Origin: a candidate division FCPU426 bacterium
GTDB taxonomy: Bacteria; Oederibacteriota; Muellerivitia; Muellerivitales; Muellerivitaceae
Length of the DNA: 64,000 nucleotides
Direction: 5' to 3'
Assembly (NCBI GenBank): GCA_963719085.1
Contig: CAVRAL010000001.1
Location: 1,088,001-1,152,000, forward strand
Under the pieces are notes generated by a model. The model saw only the letters and a list, made by a program, of their open reading frames with translations, did not search any database and was not told where the DNA came from. Positions 36,284-44,249 of this stretch are shown here, one piece after another. Made by a program: the position numbers and the translations under genes. The number at the start of each line of letters is the position of its first letter. Positions within the stretch are counted from its first letter, which is position 1.

Positions 36284-38396
36284 TGGGAACGTCCTTTCCG
36301 ATGCCCGCGGCCGCCAGCAAGGCCGGGACGTCCAATAACTCGGTGATCCGCTCTTTCAAGATCATGGAGCCCTTCACGAGCGCCCGGGCGGGCGGGCGCT
36401 GGACTTCCAAGGGAGCCTTCACGATGTCCAGCACCCGGTCCACCACCAATCCAACCTCTTCCCGCCCGTTGTCGTAGACCACGACTTGAATTTTTTCGAG
36501 GTCCCGGTCCGAGGCATTGCGGTTGATCTGCCGTCTTTCGGGAAGCATCCGGGAAACATAAACCAGCGGCAAAATTTTCCCGCCATATTGGATCACTTCC
36601 AGGCCGCCGGATTTTTCCACCGCGCCGGGCTGAAAAGTTTCCAGGCGCAAAACCTTTTCCAGCGACAGGGCCATCCGCCCGTCATCGGGCGTTTGAAACA
36701 GGATCGCCAGCTGGGTCTTATCCGTGAGGATTTCCGGCCCTATTTTTTTCGGCGTGAAGGCTTGGGATTCGGACTGCGCCGATAACACCCGGCAGCGTTT
36801 GGCCAATCCCGGCACGTCCATAATCAGCGCCACCTGGCCGTCCCCCAGGATGGTGCTGCCGGCGTAAAGCGGAATCGACTTAAAATGCCGTCCCAGGGGC
36901 TTCACCACCACTTCCTGGAAATCCGCCACCGAGTCCACCACCAGGCCCAAAAGCCTCTCCTCCACCCGCAAAACCACAATGTTGAAAGCTGAAAGCTCCT
37001 CGCTCCCGCCGGCTTTCAATTCTTGGCGCAGGAAAATCAGGGGCAAAAGTTTCCCCCGGAGCCGGTAAACCGGGGCCTCCGGCAGATACTCAATCCCCCG
37101 GTGGATGTAGCTGTCCTGGATGCGGATAATTTCTTCCACGTGGGCCCGGGGCAGGATGTAAGGACGGCCGTCGCAATGGGCCACCAGCGCCGGCAGGGTG
37201 GTCAAGGTCAGGGGTATTTTGAGTTTGAAGGAGGTTCCCTGGCCCGGCAGGCTTTGGACCTCGACTTTTCCGCCGATCTTTTCCAGGTTGGCCTTGACCA
37301 CATCCAATCCCACGCCGCGTCCGGAAATGGAGGTCAGTTTTTCCGCCGTTGAAAATCCCGGCCGGAAAATAAACTGGGCCAGGTTGTCGGGATCGATTTG
37401 TTCGGCTTGGTCGGCGGTGATCAACCCGTCCCGTAAGGCTTTTCGCTTAATCTTGTCCAAACCCAATCCCGCGCCATCGTCCTTAATCTCCAACTGCACG
37501 GCCCCCGCCTCATGAAACGCCTTCAAGCTGATCCGGCCTTCGGCGCTTTTCCCGGCCTTCAGCCTTTCATCCGGCGATTCCAGGCCGTGATCGATCGCGT
37601 TGCGCACCAAATGGGTCAGGGGGTCGCGGATCATTTCCAAGACGCCCCGGTCGATCTCGATGTCCTCCCCCTCCATTTCCAAAACCGCTTGCTTGCCGCA
37701 GGCCTTCGCCGTATCGCGCGCCAGCCGGGGAAAGCGCCCCCACAAATGGGAGAGGGGCTGCAACCGCGCCTTCAAGACGCCCTCTTGGAGTTTCAAGGTC
37801 AGCTGGTTGAGGGGCTGGAGCACGGCGTTGAAAGCGGGATCGGTCTGGGCGGCGGCGAATTGGAAAACCCGGTTGCGGGCCAGGACCATTTCCCCGGTCA
37901 GGTTCATCAATTGATCCAGCAGTCCAATGGATACCCGAAGCCCGTTGTCTTCTTTCCGTTCGGATGACACCGGCGCCGAAGACCGTTCGCCATCGTCTCC
38001 CGGCTCAGCCGGGGCCTCACCGGCGGCCTGAAGTCTTTTAAGAAAGGCGCTGTCATCGGCCTTTTCCTCACCCGCGCCGGATTCAATCGGCCGCAAACCC
38101 AAGCGCAGCAAGTCGGTGAGTTCCAACAAAAGGGTGGCCAATGCCGGCGTCATTCGGATTTTCCCGTCCCGCATTTGGGACAAGACGCCCTCGCCGCCAT
38201 GGGCCAGTTTTTCGAGGCGGGAGAAGCCAAGAAATCCCGCGGTCCCTTTCAGCGTATGCAGCACCCGAAAAAGCGCCGATAACTGGTTGGCGTCGGCGGG
38301 ATTTTTCTCATAGTTGATCAAGCCGTCTTCCAAACGGTCCAAACCCTCGCGGCTTTCCTGTAGAAATTCTTGGATAATTTCAGCGGCGTCTTCCAC
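36273..38396 (-). CDS. cheA: Chemotaxis kinase CheA (HPT, dimerisation, HATPase, two CheW-like domains, no P2)
   Basis: FRVLHTLKG, LVRNAIDHGLE, DDGAG, GFSTAE..ISGRGVGLDVVK and IPLTL motifs, then two CheW-like domains. Confidence 0.96.
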   Translation of the reverse strand: MEDAAEIIQEFLQESREGLDRLEDGLINYEKNPADANQLSALFRVLHTLKGTAGFLGFSRLEKLAHGGEGVLSQMRDGKIRMTPALATLLLELTDLLRLGLRPIESGAGEEKADDSAFLKRLQAAGEAPAEPGDDGERSSAPVSSERKEDNGLRVSIGLLDQLMNLTGEMVLARNRVFQFAAAQTDPAFNAVLQPLNQLTLKLQEGVLKARLQPLSHLWGRFPRLARDTAKACGKQAVLEMEGEDIEIDRGVLEMIRDPLTHLVRNAIDHGLESPDERLKAGKSAEGRISLKAFHEAGAVQLEIKDDGAGLGLDKIKRKALRDGLITADQAEQIDPDNLAQFIFRPGFSTAEKLTSISGRGVGLDVVKANLEKIGGKVEVQSLPGQGTSFKLKIPLTLTTLPALVAHCDGRPYILPRAHVEEIIRIQDSYIHRGIEYLPEAPVYRLRGKLLPLIFLRQELKAGGSEELSAFNIVVLRVEERLLGLVVDSVADFQEVVVKPLGRHFKSIPLYAGSTILGDGQVALIMDVPGLAKRCRVLSAQSESQAFTPKKIGPEILTDKTQLAILFQTPDDGRMALSLEKVLRLETFQPGAVEKSGGLEVIQYGGKILPLVYVSRMLPERRQINRNASDRDLEKIQVVVYDNGREEVGLVVDRVLDIVKAPLEVQRPPARALVKGSMILKERITELLDVPALLAAAGIGKDVPIGA

Positions 38397-38448
38397 AGGT
38401 TCCTCGGCTTTCGAAGGGTCAAGGCATCAGCTCGATATGACAAGGAAG

Positions 38449-38465
38449 AGCAACGAACATGCCAA
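38449..38465 (-). promoter_or_regulatory. Sigma54 (-24/-12) promoter upstream of cheA
   Basis: Minus strand TTGGCATGTTCGTTGCT, 53 bp upstream of the cheA start. Confidence 0.82.
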
Positions 38466-38515
38466 TTTTAACCTTGAATAAGCCAAAGTTTGTTCAATAA
38501 CATTTAATAATTCGA

Positions 38516-38547
38516 GGGTCATTTTTACACTTGGGTAAATTTGACCC
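38516..38547. promoter_or_regulatory. Putative enhancer (bEBP) binding site, copy 2
   Basis: GGGTCA-TTTTT-ACAC-TT-GGGTA-AATT-TGACCC imperfect palindrome, 51 bp from the sigma54 element across an AT-rich spacer. Confidence 0.65.
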
Positions 38548-38709
38548 AATTATGTCCGGACGATTTTAAGCAAACGCGGGTTTTCCGGGGTTTAGGAAAA
38601 AGTGCCTATTTAACGTCGTAATTTGCGCGGGGTAGTTTTGACTGAACGGGGATGATCTCAGTGGAAATCAAAAACATTTTTTTTGGAAACCCTAAGACAA
38701 AGGTCGTTT

Positions 38710-39054
38710 TTATCTTGTCGAATGGGCGCCATCCAAGTGGGTTTGGATTTCCCCGAGGAACTTTGCCTTGGCCCGGGAACCGATCCACTGCCGAATGACC
38801 TGGCCCTTTTTGAAAAGTAAAAAAGTCGGCATGCTCATTACCCGGTAGGCGGCGGACGTTTCCTGGTTAACGTCCACATCCAACTTCACGATCTTGAGCT
38901 TTCCCGCCATCTCGACCGCCATTTCCTCAAGAAGAGGCGTCATCACCCGGCAAGGCGGACACCATTCAGCCCAAAAATCCACCAAGACCGGCAAGTCCGA
39001 ATCCAAAACATCTTTTTTAAAATCAGCGTCGCTGGTCACCGCAAGATTTCCCAT
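38710..39054 (-). CDS. trxA: Thioredoxin
   Basis: PVLVDFWAEWCPPC, KLDVD and SMPT motifs, GGAGG RBS. Confidence 0.93.
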   Translation of the reverse strand: MGNLAVTSDADFKKDVLDSDLPVLVDFWAEWCPPCRVMTPLLEEMAVEMAGKLKIVKLDVDVNQETSAAYRVMSMPTFLLFKKGQVIRQWIGSRAKAKFLGEIQTHLDGAHSTR

Positions 39055-39228
39055 AGCCGCCTCCGTTTGAAAATTCCAACGGGAACAACCTAGGACCGGT
39101 TGAATGGGGGTTCAATGTTCGCGGGGAACTTGGGGAGAAAATATTTTCCAGAATGAATCTAGGCGGCTCAATTGGATTGAGCCATGGGTCACTCTGATTG
39201 AGCCGGCCCAGCTCACAACGCCAGGCGG

Positions 39229-39900
39229 CTATTGGCAATAGGTAATGGTGTAAGCGGCCAAGACATTGGACACGTTCCAAGTGCCGTTGGTCGGCAGATC
39301 CACGCTATAAGCGGCCCGCTCGGCGCTCGCCCCGTCTTCGTTCGCGTCGGGGAATCCGATATCAGTCCCATCGGTGGGTATCCCGAAAGCAAACCAATAA
39401 ACCTGCCCGCCGACCAAGTGGACCGGCGGCAAGGCGAAAGTCACACTGCCCGCGTTGGGCGAAGCCGGGGGGACGACATTGTCCGACGAACTCAAGAGTT
39501 GGTCGGGTCCCGAATTGTCCGAATAAATACCCACCCGGATGTTTCCGGGACTCGCCACGGTTTCAAGTTCCGGCATCACCACCTGCCAGGCATTCCCCGT
39601 CGCCGGAGCCGTAAAGGGCGCGGCATAGCTATTGCCCGCGATGGTATAACTTTGGGTCCCGGTCGCTTGGCCGAAAGTGCCCGACACGGTCCCCGTGCAG
39701 GGCGTAGGGGTGGGGGTGACGGTGACCGTGGGAGTGGTCGTGCCTGTGGAAGTCACGGTGCCCGTGGCGGTCGGGGTGGAAGTGGCGGAGGTCGGCGACG
39801 AGGGCGTGCCGCCGCCGCAGGACTGAAGCCAAAAGGCGGAGGCCGTCAGACCCATCAAGAGTAAAAACAATGAGATGGAAAACAATTTGGGAGGGCGCAT
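39229..39900 (-). CDS. Lipoprotein with a Thr/Pro linker and a beta-rich C-terminal domain
   Basis: Signal ending LQS-C, a TPTAT linker, then GIYSDNSGP..LL and GQVYW motifs. ATG 39900 with AAGGA RBS. Confidence 0.75.
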   Translation of the reverse strand: MRPPKLFSISLFLLLMGLTASAFWLQSCGGGTPSSPTSATSTPTATGTVTSTGTTTPTVTVTPTPTPCTGTVSGTFGQATGTQSYTIAGNSYAAPFTAPATGNAWQVVMPELETVASPGNIRVGIYSDNSGPDQLLSSSDNVVPPASPNAGSVTFALPPVHLVGGQVYWFAFGIPTDGTDIGFPDANEDGASAERAAYSVDLPTNGTWNVSNVLAAYTITYCQ

Positions 39901-39985
39901 CAATATCCTTACAGAACAAAAATTTAACGGATCAAAGCCTAGCAAAACTTTATCTAGCTTTCAATTGAGGCCCTTGTTTTCCTGA

Positions 39986-41440
39986 CTACTCCAAGTCTTC
40001 CGGAACCGCTTTTCGGGCCGCCGTGAATTTTCGAAGCGGCAGTTCTTTCAGGTAAAAAGCCAGGACCAAGGTCAAAACCAGAATGATAGGAATGAGGCCG
40101 AAAATGGCCTCCAAGGCCGCGGCGATCCCGGCGCTTTGGGTTCGCGTGGTCAGGATGCTTCCGAAAACCGCCAAGCCCAATGACGGGCCGATGGCCCGCA
40201 TAAAATTCACCATCGAGGTGGCCGATCCCAAAAGAGGCATGGGCACGGCGTTTTGCGTGGCCAGATTGTAAACGGGGATGCAAAAGGCGAATCCCACGCC
40301 CACCACCATGATGTCCGCCACCAGCGTGGCGTGGGTCGTGGCGGGATTGAGCCGGGCCAAAAGCAAAGCCCCCACAAGGGCGACGGCCGGTCCCAACAGC
40401 GCGAAGATCCGGTAGCGCCCGGTGCGGCTGATCAATTGGCCCGTCACCGTCAAGGCGATGATCACGGTCAAGGTAAAAGGCAAAAGCAGGACGCCGCTGG
40501 TCTTAGCGTTGGCGCCCAAAACCTGCTGGACGAAAAGCGGCAGAAAAAAGGTGATGCCGAACACCGCCGCCGAGGTCAAGGCCGCCGACGCCAATGAGAT
40601 GGACACGATTGAAATTTTGAAAAGTTCCAAGGGCAGGATGGGATGGGCGGCCCTTTTTTCGATCCAAAGGAAAACGAAACCGAAAAATAAACCGACGAAG
40701 CCCAGCCCCAAGATTTGAGGTGAAAACCAGGGATGGTCCTTGTCAATCCCGTCCAACGCCAGAAGCAAAGGCACCACCGAGGCGATCAAGGCGGCGACCC
40801 CCGCGTAATCGACTTTAAAATCCCCCGGCTTGGAAGGCTTTATATAAGGGGCGAACCGGGCCAAAACGGCGCAGCCCAAAAGGCCGATGGGCAGGTTGAC
40901 GAAAAAAACATAACGCCATCCCGGCCCATCGGTCAAAAAGCCCCCCAAGAGCGGCCCCATCACGCTCGATACCGCCGAGATCGGCACGATGATTCCGATG
41001 ATCTTGCCCCGCTCCGAAGGAGAAAAAAGATCCGCGATGGTAGTGGAAGCCACGCAGGTCATGGTGCCGGCGCCAATTCCCTGCAGCGCCCGGAAGGCGA
41101 TCAATTCGGGCATGCTTTGGGCCAGCCCGCACAACACACTGGCCGCGGTGAACCAAAGGACGCCGCCCAAAAGATAATATTTACGGCCATGGACGTCGCT
41201 GAGTTTGCCCACGATCGGCATGACCGCCGTGGAGGCGATCATATAAGCCGTCACCACGCCCGAATAGCTGGCGAAACCGCTTAGCTCCCGCACAATCCGG
41301 GGCATGGCGGTGGCCACGATGGTCTGGTCCAGCGAGGCCATGAACAAAGCCAGCCCCACTCCCCCCATGGTGATCCACACGTCGCGCCGGGCCAGTTCAC
41401 CGTTCGCCCGCGGACTCCATTTTTCTCGGCTCATTCCCAT
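39986..41440 (-). CDS. MFS drug/H+ antiporter, DHA2 (EmrB/QacA-like)
   Basis: LDQTIVATAMP, GKLSDVHGRK, FRALQGIG, GPLLGG and WRYVFFVNLPIG motifs, about 14 TMs. Confidence 0.93.
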   Translation of the reverse strand: MGMSREKWSPRANGELARRDVWITMGGVGLALFMASLDQTIVATAMPRIVRELSGFASYSGVVTAYMIASTAVMPIVGKLSDVHGRKYYLLGGVLWFTAASVLCGLAQSMPELIAFRALQGIGAGTMTCVASTTIADLFSPSERGKIIGIIVPISAVSSVMGPLLGGFLTDGPGWRYVFFVNLPIGLLGCAVLARFAPYIKPSKPGDFKVDYAGVAALIASVVPLLLALDGIDKDHPWFSPQILGLGFVGLFFGFVFLWIEKRAAHPILPLELFKISIVSISLASAALTSAAVFGITFFLPLFVQQVLGANAKTSGVLLLPFTLTVIIALTVTGQLISRTGRYRIFALLGPAVALVGALLLARLNPATTHATLVADIMVVGVGFAFCIPVYNLATQNAVPMPLLGSATSMVNFMRAIGPSLGLAVFGSILTTRTQSAGIAAALEAIFGLIPIILVLTLVLAFYLKELPLRKFTAARKAVPEDLE

Positions 41441-41479
41441 AAACCTCTCTTGGATCCCGGCGGGAATCCGCCGAATCCC

Positions 41480-41899
41480 TTAGGCTTTCTTTTTCTTGGA
41501 AGATTTCGACGGACGGGAAAGGTTCAGGGCAATCGCTTGGCGCACGAGGGCCTTAAAGGCGGCCTCGTTCACTTTTTCCCCCTCGTGGATATCGATGGCG
41601 CGGCGGGTATTTCCCTCAAGGCTTGAATTAAAGAGGCGGGCCGGATCTTTCAGCGCCGCACCCTTCGCGAAGGTCAGCTTCACCACGCTCTTGTAGGATT
41701 CGCCCGTGCAAATAATGCCCTCATGCTCCCAAACGGGAACACCCCGCCATTTCCACGACTCAAGAACGCCAGGGTCGGCTTGCTGGATGAACTTTCGCAT
41801 CCGGGCGAGGGTTTTTCCCCGCCAATCCCCGAGTTCGACGATTCTTTGGGAAATAAGCTCCGAGGCCGAATGGCCTTGGCCCGCGTCTGACTTTTTCAT
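41480..41899 (-). CDS. DUF1801 (YdhG-like) protein
   Basis: LGDWRGKTLAR, WKWRGVPVW, KLTFAKGAAL.DP and SSLEGNTRRAIDI motifs. Confidence 0.88.
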   Translation of the reverse strand: MKKSDAGQGHSASELISQRIVELGDWRGKTLARMRKFIQQADPGVLESWKWRGVPVWEHEGIICTGESYKSVVKLTFAKGAALKDPARLFNSSLEGNTRRAIDIHEGEKVNEAAFKALVRQAIALNLSRPSKSSKKKKA

Positions 41900-41918
41900 G
41901 TGGCCGTCCTGGCTAAAC

Positions 41919-42260
41919 TTAAAAAGGCTTCAGCACTATCCTTCCATAGACGACAAAGGCAAGCAAGAGGGCCGGCACAAAAGCCCAGAGAAGACCGGCC
42001 CCCGTATATTGGGCGAACAGCGCGATGCCGAGCAGTACGAGCCCGGCCAGGCCAATGGCCGCGCCAGAAACGAGCTTGGGCAAAAATAAACCCAGCGCGA
42101 ACAATATTTCCAGCACACCGTAAGCGATCCAAACCGGCTTGGGCAAGGCACCCAAGGCCCAAGGCTTGGCCAAGTTTGGATAATGACCTATCATGTAAAA
42201 AGCCCCCATCAAGTTCCACAAAGCCAGCAAAATTTGAAGAATCCATAACAAAAAATTCAT
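41919..42260 (-). CDS. DoxX-like small membrane protein (copy 2)
   Basis: MNFLLWILQILLAL...GVLEILFALGLFLP...FVVYGR, four TMs. Confidence 0.8.
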   Translation of the reverse strand: MNFLLWILQILLALWNLMGAFYMIGHYPNLAKPWALGALPKPVWIAYGVLEILFALGLFLPKLVSGAAIGLAGLVLLGIALFAQYTGAGLLWAFVPALLLAFVVYGRIVLKPF

Positions 42261-42346
42261 TTACTTTCCCTTTCTTTTAAAAATAGGCTCCGTGGCCGTC
42301 CGACCTTGGCGCGCGCCTCACTTTTCATCGTTTCACCCCGGCGGGA

Positions 42347-42691
42347 TTAGAACGGCTTCGGCGTCATCCTGCCATAAGCGACGAACAGGGACAAAAGCGC
42401 GGGAATCAAAACCCAAAGCAGGCCCTGAAACTTGGGCCTTGTCAACGCGGCGACGAAAAGCGTTTCCGCGGCCACGCCGATGGCGGCAATGGGAATGAGA
42501 AGTGTTTTCCCGAACAAGCCGGGCAAGACCAATCCCAACGCCAGCAAGATCTGCAGAAAACCGATGGCCATCCAGACGGGCCTGGGCATAATTTTCAACC
42601 AACCCGCCGGGATATTTTTCAGCATCCAGCTCCCGCCCATCGCGTAATACAGAGCCAACAAAACTTGAAGCACCCAAAGCAGGATGTTCAT
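42347..42691 (-). CDS. DoxX-like small membrane protein (copy 1)
   Basis: MNILLWVLQVLLAL...GFLQILLALGLVLP...FVAYGR, GGAGG RBS. Confidence 0.8.
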   Translation of the reverse strand: MNILLWVLQVLLALYYAMGGSWMLKNIPAGWLKIMPRPVWMAIGFLQILLALGLVLPGLFGKTLLIPIAAIGVAAETLFVAALTRPKFQGLLWVLIPALLSLFVAYGRMTPKPF

Positions 42692-42786
42692 CCTCCGCCT
42701 CCTCGAAATCGCCGGCAGGGGCCGGTTTGGTCAAAATCCTTCCCATCATACAATTGGCCGAATGACCAAGAACCAAAAATTTCAGA

Positions 42787-43173
42787 TTAGGACTTGGCGG
42801 CCTGGTAAGTCGCGTCCGGCGTAGCTTTATAATCCATCAGCGGCCGCACCTCCACGCTTCCCCACCGCGCCGAGGGAAACCTGGCCGCGGCTTCCAAAGC
42901 GGTCCGCAAATCCGGCGCCTCGATCAGGTTGACGCCGCTCAAGGAATCCTCGGTCAAGTAAGCCGGGCCTTCCTGGATCAAAACCTGCCCCCCGCGGGAT
43001 TGAACTGTCTTAGCGGCCGCCGTCGGTTGAAGCCCATAACCCACTTTTAATAGGCCCTTGTCCTTCAATTCTTTTCCCACCGCCTGGTACTCGACATAAA
43101 TTTTGCCCCACTCTTCCTTTGAAAAATCCTTTTGAAGCTTTTCTTTTTGGTAAATCAAGGCCAGAAATTGCAT
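42787..43173 (-). CDS. YciI (DGPF-type) family protein
   Basis: MQFLALIY, LQPTAAAKTV, EGP, and GSVEVRP motifs, GGAGG RBS. Confidence 0.85.
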   Translation of the reverse strand: MQFLALIYQKEKLQKDFSKEEWGKIYVEYQAVGKELKDKGLLKVGYGLQPTAAAKTVQSRGGQVLIQEGPAYLTEDSLSGVNLIEAPDLRTALEAAARFPSARWGSVEVRPLMDYKATPDATYQAAKS

Positions 43174-43204
43174 AAATCCTCCCGATAAAATAATAATGAA
43201 GGGA

Positions 43205-43231
43205 TGTCACACCCCATCCCGATGGTTCGTC
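43205..43231 (+). promoter_or_regulatory. ECF41-type promoter driving the sigma factor gene
   Basis: TGTCACA-N16-CGTC exact match. Confidence 0.85.
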
Positions 43232-43239
43232 ATTAAGAT

Positions 43240-43266
43240 GACGGCTGACACCCGGACTATGTGACA
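43240..43266 (-). promoter_or_regulatory. ECF41-type promoter driving the yciI-doxX-doxX-DUF1801-MFS genes
   Basis: TGTCACA-N16-CGTC exact match on the minus strand. Confidence 0.85.
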
Positions 43267-43282
43267 GTGAAAAGGATTTCAA

Positions 43283-44182
43283 ATGACGGAAAGCGACTGG
43301 CTGGCCGAGCGGTTCCAAGAAAAGCGCGCCCATCTAAGGGCCGTGGCCTATCGGATATTGGGTTCCAACGGCGAGGCGGAAGACGCCGTCCAAGAAGCCT
43401 GGCTGCGCCTCTCCCGGTCGGAAGCGGACCGCATTGAGAACCTCGGCGGCTGGCTGACAACGGTGGTGGCCCGGGTCTGCCTGGATATGCTTCGTTCCCG
43501 CAAGGTCCGCAAGGAAGAACCCATCCAAGAAAATATTTTGGAAAAGCCTACAAGCACCCCCGCCAGCGACCCGGCGCAAGAAGCCCAATTAGCCGACTCG
43601 GTCGGCTCCGCTTTGCTTTTGATCCTAAGAACCCTGACACCCGCCGAACGGGTGGCCTTTGTGCTTCACGACCTATTCGATCTTCCCTTCGAGGAGATCG
43701 CCTCGACTTTAGGCCGGTCAACGGAAGCGACCCGGCAATTGGCCAGCCGCGCCCGCCGCCGCGTCCGGGGCGGCAGTGAAAACCGGGAAGACGAAGCGAA
43801 AAAGCGGACGATTGTCGCGGCCTTCCTCACCGCCTCCCGAGAGGGAAATTTTGACGCCCTGTTGCGCTTGCTGGACCCCGGCATCCTGCTTTACGCGGAC
43901 GATGTGGCCGTCAAAATGGCGGAAGTCAACAAGTCCAAAGGCGCGCCGCCCTTCCAGAGCGAGATGGCCGGAGCCAAAAACATCGCCGAAACATTCAAGG
44001 GCCGGGCCGTGGCCGCCCAATTGGCCCTCATCAATGGCTCAGTGGGAACAACCTGGATTGCCGGCGGCAAACCCCGGGTGGCGTTCTTATTTACGATCGA
44101 GAATGGGAAGATTCAGGAAATCAATGTGGTGATGGACCCGGAGGATTTGAAAGAAATGGAAGTGGAGCCGCTCTCGGCTTAA
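43283..44182 (+). CDS. ECF sigma factor, ECF41/SigJ-like, with a SnoaL-like C-terminal extension
   Basis: VAYRILGS..EAEDAVQEAWLR, WLTTVVARVCLD, LTPAERVAFVLHDLF and RQLASRARR motifs, plus a C-terminal extension (AFL.A...G.FDALL.LLDP ... ING). Confidence 0.93.
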   Translation: MTESDWLAERFQEKRAHLRAVAYRILGSNGEAEDAVQEAWLRLSRSEADRIENLGGWLTTVVARVCLDMLRSRKVRKEEPIQENILEKPTSTPASDPAQEAQLADSVGSALLLILRTLTPAERVAFVLHDLFDLPFEEIASTLGRSTEATRQLASRARRRVRGGSENREDEAKKRTIVAAFLTASREGNFDALLRLLDPGILLYADDVAVKMAEVNKSKGAPPFQSEMAGAKNIAETFKGRAVAAQLALINGSVGTTWIAGGKPRVAFLFTIENGKIQEINVVMDPEDLKEMEVEPLSA

Positions 44183-44249
44183 GCGGCGCTTCGCTTCGCG
44201 TCCAGGCAGGACCGGATCCATCCGAAAGAGCCGAACCAAACTCCCCTTT

